Source: Octopus vulgaris (taxonomy: Eukaryota). From it: a stretch of DNA of 64,000 bases. The stretch covers positions 56,916,001 to 56,980,000 of the forward strand of contig OX597830.1 of assembly GCA_951406725.2 (NCBI GenBank), given 5' to 3'. Shown here one piece after another: positions 53,290 through 64,000 of the stretch (positions are counted from its first letter, which is position 1; each line of letters starts with the position of its first letter). Both the position numbers and the translations under genes were made by a program. The notes beneath the pieces are model-generated. The model saw only the letters and a program-made list of their open reading frames with translations, had not been told where the DNA came from and did no database searches.

Positions 53290-54473
53290 TTCCCTTCGGC
53301 AACATTTTCAAGCTATCAAGTGTCGAAGTGCATCCCTTGATCAAGTTTTGCATACATGAGGCTGATAGCATCATGAGACTTGGAAGGCAGCTCCTTGAGC
53401 AACATTCTTTGTTTGATAACCTAGAATACATGCCCAAAGAAGTCGCACGACTCTACCACAGCATATCATCAGATGAAAGGAAGAACCTATATGAACAGAA
53501 GACTTTGCATGGATATGTCAGCAGAAATCGCCGTGATGATAGTAACCTCGATCACCAAAGAAGTTTATCATGGATTTGTTGCCAGATTACAACCTTCCAC
53601 TTTCAAGGATATGCGTTTGCAATCCAGGAACAGGAAATATCAACCGAGTACCTGATGCATAAAGGGATAGAGATGCAAGAAAAACTGTAAGTTGTGACAA
53701 CCGATGCAGACTTTGCGAAGTTCATACTGAAGATGCCACGCATATCATAAGCAATTGTCCGAAAATGTCATCACGATATTATCTATCGATGAGACATGAT
53801 GTTGTAGCTAGAACACTCTACAATGAAATCCGTCGGAAGGATAATTCCGAGGACAAAGAAATAAGAACCGCAAGCTATGGTAGAAGCCATAGCCACTAAC
53901 AATAAAAATGTAAAGGTATACCGGTGAAATGTACCAGGGAAGACCTCAATAAAATGTAAGCACACCAGACCTGATATAAAGGCTTGGATAGAGAAGAGAG
54001 ACTGCACAATTGTGGAAATTAGCTGCCCAGTAGATGTTAACATAAAGCTGAAGATAAGTAAAAAAGAGAATACCTACGTTGAACTATTGAGAAATCTGCG
54101 TTGAACTATTGAGAACTATTGAGAATCCAGATTACAAGTTCAAGTTTATATCTGTAATTACTGGGAAACTGGTATATGTATTACACTGCCTAAATACCAT
54201 TCTTGAGAAATTAGGCTTCTCAAAACCAGAAAAGAGAAAGCTAATTCGAAGGCTACTGATCCAATCAATCACTGGAACTGTAAAAATTTGTAAAACTTTA
54301 CAGAAGTTTATCATTTAAATATATATGAGCATGTCTAGATATGCAACTATATGCATGAGATTACATACATAAAACATACAAATCTGCACATCTATACATG
54401 CATACATACATACATACATACATACATACATACATACATACATACATACATACATACATACATACATACATAC
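53290..54473 (+). mobile_element. Dong/R4-clade LINE 3' fragment with (TACA)n tail
   Basis: LHGY, AIQEQEI, CRLC..E...HIISNC..RHD, RPDI, IVEISCP. Confidence 0.85.
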
Positions 54474-54534
54474 AAAAATACCCTGTTGATGATGTTGAAA
54501 TTTCAATGAAGGAGTCTTGGATCGAGGTTAGAAA

Positions 54535-56290
54535 GAGTGAAGTGTGTGCGAGTGGGATTTGCGCGCCCCCATTATGTCCCTAATCAACCCCGCCGCGCAA
54601 GTTTTGTTCTCACACCACTTATCTCAACTTCTCCCCAATTAAGTCCTACGGCAATGAGTAACAGATGACGGGAGCAGGAACTGTATGATGTTATAAGCCC
54701 CTAGTCTGGATCCTGCACATAGGTGACTCAGGCAAGACGGCCGACTCGATGTTACCCTGGGACTGCACATCGATTCGTGTTCTACCTGCTTGACCAGGTG
54801 GACCTTTTTAGGACTCACATCGCCTGCCTCAGCTGAAGAGAGGCCTATGAAATGTGGTCTAAAAGACGCCAATCCCTTTTCGCCTGGTCAGGAAATCGCA
54901 CCTGGCAGGCCATTCCACACTGTACTGGATGATTAAAAGGAAAATCCTCAAGGCCTCTCATTTTTGCTACTTGCAACATACGAACCTTGATACACCATGA
55001 TGACCACGTTGGGGCCGTGTTCATCGCCTCTGAACACAAACGATGAATGTGGATATCGCTGCACTCAGAGAAACAAGATTTCCTGATGAATGCTTTCTCA
55101 CTGGGATACATATACTTCTGGAAAGGCCTTCCTCTAGGCAATAATAGAATTCATGGTGTTGGATTTACTGTCCGTTCGTTATTACTGGAGAACATCTCTT
55201 CGGTTGCAACCGATATAAGTGAAAGGCTGATGACTTTCCGAATTCTCCTCAGTAACAAAGTGCACGCCACTATCTTCAGGGTCTATTCCCCAACATTAGA
55301 CACTATTAAAGACACGAAAGACACCTTCTACGAGGCTCTTAACTCGGTTAAGAGAAGGTTACGTAGCACAGACAAAGGTATTCTTGGAGATTTCAGTGCT
55401 AGAGTCGGTTCCAATGTAAACATCTGGCCCAGAGTTCTCGGTACTCATGGGATAGGCAAATGAATACCAATGGTCTTCACCTTTTGCGCCTGTGTGCCGA
55501 GCACATTCTCGTGATTACGAAGACCATTTTTCAGCAGCCCAATAAATACAAGTTCTACTGGAGACATCTTCGCTCCAAGATGTGGCATCTCCTCAATTGC
55601 GTGAGCGTTCGTGAACATGTTCAGAAAGTTGTCTTCCATATCAAATATATGCGTGATGCAGAATGTTGGACCGATCACCGCATGTATGTGTCCTCAGATC
55701 CGCCCTCCGGCTACGAAAAGCAAAGTGTTTCCCATACTCAATGTGGCCTGTTTTTCCAGCACAACGAAACAAGATAAGCTTCAAGAAGACCTCGCTACTG
55801 CCTTCCCACTTCTTCCAGCTCTTCCAGTTCCAAAAGAGCTCCATCGCAATATGGAAAATAACATTGAGAATTATATTGAACAAATCGAGGTTGAACAGAA
55901 TGAATTCGATTCACTCTGGGACTCTGCCATGTCCATCATTCGACAAACTACTGAATCCACTCTTGGAAAAACCCACATGAAGAACCTTGATTTGTTTAAT
56001 GAATCTGCAGACATCATCCAAACTCTTTTGCAGACGAAGAACCATGCTCATAACGCCCACCTCACAAGTTCTTGTACCTTAGCCCCAAAGTGGTTTCCGA
56101 AGCACAAAATGTCTGGTGGCTCCGCAACTCCGAAGAGATCCAACGTTTGGCTGACGAAAATAAATCTTGCGAATTCTACAACTCGATTAAACATATCTTC
56201 GGTCCTTCGCACCCGATTGCACCTGCCCGTGCCGCTGACGGCAATACTTTAATTAAAGAAAAAGAAAAGATCTTTGCGCAATAGACTTCT
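54535..56290 (+). mobile_element. RTE (BovB-like) LINE 5' part: UTR and APE endonuclease
   Basis: ATCNIRTL, GVGF, VYSPT, LGDFSARVG, WTDHR. Confidence 0.85.
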
Positions 56291-56329
56291 GCTTACAAAT
56301 TCAGAAACCAACAACAAATATTGAACGTG

Positions 56330-57290
56330 AAACTTTAAAGAAGCTCAGCTGTTCATTTAGATAACGGTGCGCATGATTCTGGTTTTCAGGCTGGACACAC
56401 GCGCTTATTCTCCTCGCTTCATTCAAAGAATTTCCAAGAAACATGCGAGAACGGTATTACGAGGCAATGGCTTTAGTAAGTTAACATGGCTCGTCTGATA
56501 TTTTCATTTTATAACATTTAATTCAAATTGACCAGAAATTAAGGATAACATATTTCATGAACAAAATCCCTCAAAAAGACCAGATCTGGGAGCAAGGTAT
56601 TTCAAACTGAAACTAAAATAACTTTTGAATGATGTTAAAACGAGACACGTTTCCGATGGAGTTGCTTGCTCATTTGCTCACCAATGATTATCAGAAGAAG
56701 CGATCGTCATGTGGCCATATCTTGATAATATTACATCCAGATAACCCGTTGGGAATAGATCAGATTGTTTGCGATGAAGGAAGATGGACAGTGAAGTTGT
56801 ACAGGATGAAGTAAAACGTCATTTTCATGGGAGACATGTGAGTGCACCTGGAGTGATGTCGCGCTTGCGTGAAAACTGAATACATAACAAATCCCATGCT
56901 ATTATACTGGCTGCCAGTGCATTTGCAACAAGAATCCGTCTTTTTCAGAGAAGGTAACGAGAACGAAGCGTTAGAGAGAGACAGAGCTGCCCGTCGTAAC
57001 ACGTCTCTGCCATCATGGTTTGTCCTTAGTAAATGATACAAAAATACAAGACGCCGGTTGCATATTGATATTCCTTATCATTATGTGTGTGACAAAGGGA
57101 TGACTGTTTGGAAACTATACGAGAGATGAGAAGAGAAAATTATTTCAAGACTTTAGTTTCTAAGTCCAAAGCAAGAGGAAATATTTTATCTGAGATTGTT
57201 ATTGCCATATTTTGAAGAAGCTCGCACTTTTTGATGATCTTAAAACAGCTGATGGTGTACGATATAAGTTATGATGAAATAGCTGTCATT
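56330..57290 (+). mobile_element. Highly degenerate Helitron Rep fragment (second piece ~58075-58200)
   Basis: RPDLGARYF.LKL, YQKKRSSCGHIL (cf. EFQKRGLPHAHIL), FYLRLLL. Confidence 0.7.
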
Positions 57291-57556
57291 GTTTTAAAAA
57301 CACAAGTGAAAATATACTTTATAAATGAGTGCGACCCATTATTTTCAACTCACAGCGGGAAATGTTACATTTAAGAATTATTGGAATTAAAAAAAAAATT
57401 TTTAACTGCAAAGTCTTTAGATACGAAATTTATCAATGGTTGCTTTAATTGTTTTGACAAAATTTTTGGTATTTTTCACTTGTGTGTAGTACGTACATGC
57501 AAGCAAACACACATACATTCACATGCACGCACGCACACAGACACACATACATATAC

Positions 57557-57616
<60 letters not shown>

Positions 57617-58002
57617 GTGTATGTATGTATGTATGTATGTATGTATGTATCATCTGGTGATCTTATGCCATCTCAAGCGTTAAGTCAATACCTGTTCATC
57701 CGGAATATCTTTATAAGGTGTATTGAATAGATACAAACACTTCACTTGAGGAATACAATGCCAGCTAATAGCGATAAATCGATACGAAGTTCATATAATG
57801 ATTATCCTTCATCAAGAAGATAGATTTAAAGTAGTAACATCACGTTCTTGACAGCCATTTCTACCTAGAAAACAGACGGGATGCTGAGGAGGAATAGTTT
57901 TTTCAAATTATTTGTATGTAAGCGTCTCATTTTATCTTTAATATATCATGTTTTTAATTACATAATATTTTAGCCATCACGACTGAGACTCCACTTATAT
58001 AA

Positions 58003-58033
<31 letters not shown>

Positions 58034-58328
58034 TGTATGTATGTATGTATGTATGTATGTATGTATGTATTTTAGATTTTAGAGTTGTTGCTCATTTATT
58101 CACCACTGAGTATCACAAGGAACGATTATCATGTGGCCATATCTTAATAATGTTACATGCAGACGACCCGTTGACACAACAAGATCTCTCAATGCAGAGA
58201 AACGTTTGCATAACCAAATACCTGCCAACATGGAGGACTACGTTTCGTGGAAACAATTGTAGGGTTTACAAATAAATGTTCTTCTATACTCCTTCTTCTT
58301 GACTCCGACTTATTCAATTATACATATA

Positions 58329-59556
58329 CACAGACATGAGAGAAGTAAATAGACGTCCCATATAAAATATTGCCCTATGTTTATCCTAACTAGGAAATGT
58401 TTATATTTTTTATTAATTGACATTTTTGTGTCATGTTCTATACGTGACTGTTTAATCATGTCATGTACAAAAAATGCCTTGGAACTGTCTGAATTCCAAA
58501 GAGGCTTATTGAGGGTCATTCCGAAGGTAGATATAGCGTAAAATCACAGAAAAACTTGGGCTCCCGCTTTCTACAATTGATATAGTGAATATGCAATTCA
58601 CCAGATAGAGGAAGGAATCCACTTCACTTCGCGAAGATTAACCAGGGCCCTCTGACAAGACCCTTCTCTTTGCTAAGAGAATTGTGGGGGATAATTCTCA
58701 TTGCTAGGCCTCTACCATAGCAGAATAAGTTATGTTAGTCCCAGAACAGCAATCAGGTATCTCCACAAACTTGGTTACTATGGCAGAGCAACAAGAAGGA
58801 AGCCACTTCTTCGAGCAGCCAACACCAAGCGGAGAAAAGATTGGGCCAGTGAGATGGTGGAGAGGCCACTAGCATTTTGGAACACTGCAATAGTCTCTGA
58901 TGAGTCTAGATTTGCTGTATTTCCTGACAGTGGTCGAGTGTCGGTCTGGAGACTCTGTGATCAAAACTTTAATGTGAAAAGATTCCGGCCAAGAAACACG
59001 GCAGCTATTCTGTGATGATCTGGGGAGCAATTTGGAGCAATGATTGATCAGAGTTGGTGGAGTGTGAGAGAAAGATAAACTCAGAAAAATTTATGTTCAC
59101 ATTGCAGAAAGGACACCTTCCAATCTTCTTCAGTGGTGAAATGATCAAAGAAGACTATTTATGAAAGATAGGGCTCCTTGTCACACAGCTAAAATGAGAT
59201 GAGAATGGCATTAAAAAGCTTCCATGACCAAGCCAGTCACCAGATATGAACTCTAATGAACATTTCTGGGACATAATGGACAAGACACTTCATAAAAATA
59301 ACAAGAAGGCATCATCAAAGCCAGAACTTTTGAGATTACTGCATGACACTTGGCAAGAAATTCTGCAAGAGAATATTCGTCATCTAATCAGTAAGATGCC
59401 TAATAGGGGCTTTGCATTGAAAAATGCATAGGGCATGTCTACTAAGCGTTAGATATTCACATTATGACAATTATTAAATAATTTGTATGTATTATTTCAG
59501 ATTTGAATAAATTTCAATGATTATAAAGGTGTCTATTTACTTCTGTTATGTCTGTG
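58329..59556 (+). mobile_element. Degenerate Tc1-like transposon
   Basis: TIRs cacagacat...gaagtaaatagac flanked by TA; RKPLL, SDESRF, MIWGAI, SQSPDMN.NEH.W. Confidence 0.92.
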
Positions 59557-59784
59557 TATGTATGTATGTAAGTATGTATGTATGTATGTATCTATATATA
59601 TACATTTAGGTAGCCATATAATATGTAAGTACATATGTATATACATATATATGTGTAAAAAAACAAAGTTAGTGGTTGAAAATAAACAACATAAATGGTC
59701 ACACAACTTCAAATCATCCCCATAAATTCATACCGTAGAATGATGGATCATCAGAACGGGAAACTTCTCTGATGAAGATTTTTT

Positions 59785-59862
59785 TCCTGATGAAGGGGCG
59801 CTGCCGGTTTAGTGTTTTAATGTGTAATGGATCGTGGCAGTGGCTCTTGAAACGGCCGTAGA
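59785..59862 (+). ncRNA. Minimal type I hammerhead ribozyme-like motif (Penelope pLTR type)
   Basis: CTGATGA, long stem II, GAAAC-GGCC-GTA; stem I only ~2 bp. Confidence 0.55.
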
Positions 59863-59959
59863 CGTAACTTTATTCTTACATTATTTTGGATTCCTTTTTC
59901 TTTGGGACTTGACGCCGGATGTATCCCGGATTCACTTTAAATTTAACAGTCTACCTAGT

Positions 59960-60640
59960 ATATAATATTTTCAATCGCCTCGCTATATGCATTTATATTT
60001 TCTTCATATGTTTTTCTTCATACGCTTTTTACAGTTTTTCACACGTTTTTTTTTTTTATATTTACATATACATGTATATTCTTATAACTTCGGGCTTGGT
60101 GTCACAAGAAGTTTTGTTCGTCTCTCGCTCAACTGCACCTCACACTTAATAATCAAGGGGGTTGCAGTCTGGAGAGTTAGGTGGCCAGGCGTTAGCGATG
60201 ATGTGGTTGCAGAAATTGTCTGACAGGCATAGGGGTCTCTCGGCAGCCAACCTCTTGACCCAGGACAGCACTACCTCCTCCAGGCCTCCGTGTTGAATCA
60301 GAGGCCGTGTGAGAAGATGACTCGAGGTATAACTTCGCAATCACTAATGATCACTCCAAAAACCATGATGTTCACAGTATGTTCGATTTTTATCTCTCTC
60401 GGTACGTGTCCTCAGATTGCACTGTCCTCAGATTGACACCCAAACATTCTTAAATGTTCGTATTGGAACTTCCGGCGCGAATGCCAAGCAGTACGGTATG
60501 TCATTTCCAAATTTCTGGCAGCGTGAATCGCATCATTGTGTTGTTTTTCTTACAGACGGTGCCCAACCGTCTCTACTATACTGTGTAGTTGACAAAATAC
60601 AAAGACAAATAATGCAGCTACGCGAAATTTGAAATATAAA
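59960..60640 (-). mobile_element. Tc1/mariner (maT-like) fragment
   Basis: WPPNSPDCNPLDY; IMVFGVIISD. Confidence 0.7.
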
Positions 60641-60664
60641 ATGGCAACAATTTACATATTGCAC

Positions 60665-60897
60665 CCTCTCTCTCTCTCTCTCTTCCTCTCTCTCTCTTCC
60701 TCTCTCTCTCTTCCTCTCTCTCTCTTCCTCTCTCTCTCTATCCCTCTTTCTCTCTCCCGTTCTTTTTCTCTCTCGCTCTCTCTCTCTCTCGCTGTCTCTC
60801 TCTGTTCTCTCTCTCTCTATATATATATATGTGTGTATACACACGCACACACACACACGCACGCACGCACGCGCACACACACACACACACATACATA

Positions 60898-60968
<71 letters not shown>
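60665..60968. repeat. Compound microsatellite (CT)n/(CA)n/(TA)n
   Basis: Direct reading. Confidence 0.95.
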
Positions 60969-60972
<4 letters not shown>

Positions 60973-63282
60973 AGGATTAGCTCGTATACGAGTAGGTATA
61001 TATTTGTAAAAAATGAAGTTCGAAAATGCTGCTGTATTATACAATTTTTAATTTTTATATATACATTATAACATGTTTCAGTTCCTGAAATGAACCTTAT
61101 CAAAAAAAGTTATATATAAAAAAAGACAGCTCATGCCGTCAAACACAAGAAATTCATTTATAATACACAACGGAGTCAGACATCTTAGGGTTCATGTATA
61201 GTTGATATATAGTTCATGTATAGTTGATATATAGTTTGAAGTATATGTTCAAAGTGTTCGATGCAGTGGCCCACGGTGGCGATACGTATTCAATACAAAA
61301 AACAGATCAAAGTGGTGGAAAGCGGTCAATACAGAAGATTGATGTTTCCGAAAGAGCGAGGAATTCATTTTTACCTTAAGCAATTGTGATGACCCATGGT
61401 GGAAGTTCGCTGGGTGGTTCTATAATATATGCATGAATATATCCTTGGATGTATTTCATTTGAGAGGTTTTTATTCAGATTTTATTCTCTCGGATATAGA
61501 TGAATATATGCTGTCTACTATTTTATTGGATTAGTTAATGTCTAGAGAATGTGTTGTGATACATTGCTTCGTTGTGATTCTTAACAGTATGGGTTGTGTA
61601 AAATGTAAATATTTTATTGTCCGGTGATTATACAAGGAATGTTTTATATGCAGAGAATGGGATTATTTGAGATGTAGGATTAAATTGAATGACAAAAAGA
61701 TCTTGATATTATTGTTCTATTCTTTTCCTTGATATCTTTATCTGCCATTCCCAAGTTGATTGTGGTCAGGTCGCTGTAATGTCTCATGTTTCATGCATAC
61801 TATTATTACTTCTTATCCATTCTTGTCTTCAAATGATGGTACATGTTCCAGTGAAGATAGATTCCTTTCCAGGAAAAAAATTGCTCTTGGCAAGGAATGG
61901 ATCACAAGAAACGATGTTGTCAACTATCTCATTATATTTTTACTTGTATAGTCTACGTTCCGCATACAGAAGGAAGTCTTACGAAACATTCCATCGTATT
62001 ATTTTAAACCAATGCCTATTCAGTGAGTAATTTTCACACAAAAATTATATTCTATGATCTGGTTAAATACATATTGGGGTATATTTTCTAATGAATATCT
62101 GATAAGACTAAAACATGTCCGGAGTTATCCCCAAACTTACTAAAATTTAGTAATCAATTTCAATTTCGGAATTCTCTCCCTTCCATCTCTTGACAATGGT
62201 TATTATTCATTCAGGTGGGTTTTTTTCTCTTCAATACCTGACTATATCTCGATTAATTAAAAAACTTTTTGGTTCACTACTCTTTGTCCTGCTCCTTATA
62301 TACGTAATACTTTCACAATCTTTTCTGAAGTGTCCAGAATTTTCTCTTCCAAGAAATACTGATGCTTCTTGTCTCAATTGAAATAGCATTTCCTTTTCTT
62401 TCTTCATCTTCTCCTTTTTCCATTTCTATTCCTCTCTCTTTATCTCACTCTCACTCCTCCTCTCCCTCTACTTTTGTTTATCTTTCTATCCCTCTCCAAT
62501 TTATCGCTCTCCCTCATTATTTCAATGGATAATTTTATGGTGATGTAACGGTGGTCATCGTCGTATTTGTTATGGAATTATGCTTGTAACACTTCTCTTT
62601 CCTATTCATTTTATCTTTATTCTTTGTAAATGAATGTTAAACGTGAATATGAAATATGAAATGTTTTACAAAATAAATTTTCGTTGCAGTTCTCTTCTAT
62701 ATCTCATTGAAATTTGGAAATGGACGTGAGTAGATTTATATCAATATATAGACCTATATGTACGAAAATTATGAAAATCACTACACTAACTTATCAATTC
62801 AGTGCAGGAAAATATTTTCTTTCTCAAAGTAAATTAGTTGGAAAGGAAATTTTAAATTCTGAGTTCAATAAAAAAAATACAGCCGCATGATGACGAATTC
62901 AATTCTTAACATAATTTCTACTGGTTAAAATTCAAATTTTCGTCAGTTAGTAGGCATTTTGTTAAATTTGACTAAGTGCTGACATTGGGGCAAACTTTAC
63001 AACACACAACAGTTAAGCATTATAGAACATAGCATATGAATCATTTAAATAATAGAATTAATTAAACAACTTTAAAACCTCATATTTATTAAACAGATAA
63101 TATATTCCAAGATGCTTTGTACCTACACTATGGTAGTAACAACTTTATCACTTCTTCCTGGTAAAAATATCAATATTGATCCTCAAACATTTAATATTCT
63201 CTTTCTTTATATTATATATTTTCACAATATTGTATTTACGTCTTTCTATTTGGGTTGTTTAATTTTCCTGGCTTTGTTATAG

Positions 63283-63540
63283 TTGAACATCTGAACTATT
63301 TTATAAAAGTAGGAAACTGTCTTCTCAAGGAAGGTAAAACATTGATGACGCTTGATGTGGATGCCTTCGACTGTTCGAAGAGGTGTTTTGAATCTTCTGC
63401 ATGTAAATCCTTCGTGAGCAGAACGATAAGTCCAAGCTGTATTTTATACAAAGATGACGCAACAGAGAAAATGCTAATAGGCGCAACTAATACCGATTTT
63501 TATCAGTTGAGAAGATCTGTGCCGACCAATTATACAGACG
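63283..63540 (+). CDS. PAN/Apple-domain exon of an extracellular modular protein
   Basis: C..RC....CKSF.......C.LY pattern; acceptor ctttgttatag, donor gtaaac; 258 nt, symmetrical phase 1-1. Confidence 0.8.
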
Positions 63541-63752
63541 GTAAACAAATTTGAATCTTTTTGTGTTTATTTCATTCCTTGACTTGTATTCTGTGTTTTA
63601 TTCCGAAGAGAGACAATACTGTCGTCATTTGAAGTCTCAACGATTTCTCTGGTCAATGTAGAATGGTGTCTGTAGATAAACATTATTTGTAGAGATTTCT
63701 TTTCAGAGAGTGAAAATTTTAATTGTGGATTGGGATACAAAATCACCAAGAA

Positions 63753-63834
<82 letters not shown>

Positions 63835-63900
63835 TAGGTAGAGAGGAACGGTTTTATAAATCATCATTGACAGCTAGAAACCCAGAACAGATAGATAGAA

Positions 63901-63948
<48 letters not shown>

Positions 63949-64000
63949 TAGATAGATAGATAGATAAAGATAGAGAACGAGATAGATAGATAGATAGATA
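63753..64000. repeat. (TAG)n, (GA)n and (GATA)n microsatellites
   Basis: Direct reading. Confidence 0.95.

Noticed and set aside
61779-62030. 83-aa ORF with hydrophobic start, possible signal-peptide exon
   Set aside because: No recognisable domain or verified splice link to the PAN exon

Overview
AT-rich, repeat-dense animal genomic DNA; the SINE/LINE families and microsatellite load suggest an octopus or other coleoid cephalopod (inference). The main host gene is a minus-strand TRPM-family (SLOG/MHR1-2) gene. Four conventional exons (22156-22237, 8821-8998, 3137-3279, 548-722) are preceded by seven GT-AG micro-exons (28-76 nt) that alternate phase 0-2 and 2-0 and splice into one stop-free frame. 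The micro-exons lie in four tandem copies of an intragenic duplication unit (~25.8-49.7 kb) whose intron sequences remain alignable while the exons have diverged. The gene runs into a 100-N gap (49707-49806) at its 5' side and off the window at its 3' side. Introns hold a young RTE LINE with a PHD-type zinc finger inside its RT and a hierarchical hairpin-repeat 3' UTR, a ~99% identical ~595-bp foldback, and Penelope, Dong/R4, CR1, Tx1, Gypsy and mariner relics. Beyond the gap are Chapaev3-like, Helitron and Tc1 relics, a minimal hammerhead-like motif and a plus-strand PAN/Apple exon. All coordinates were read by hand; TE boundaries are approximate unless TIRs or TSDs are cited.
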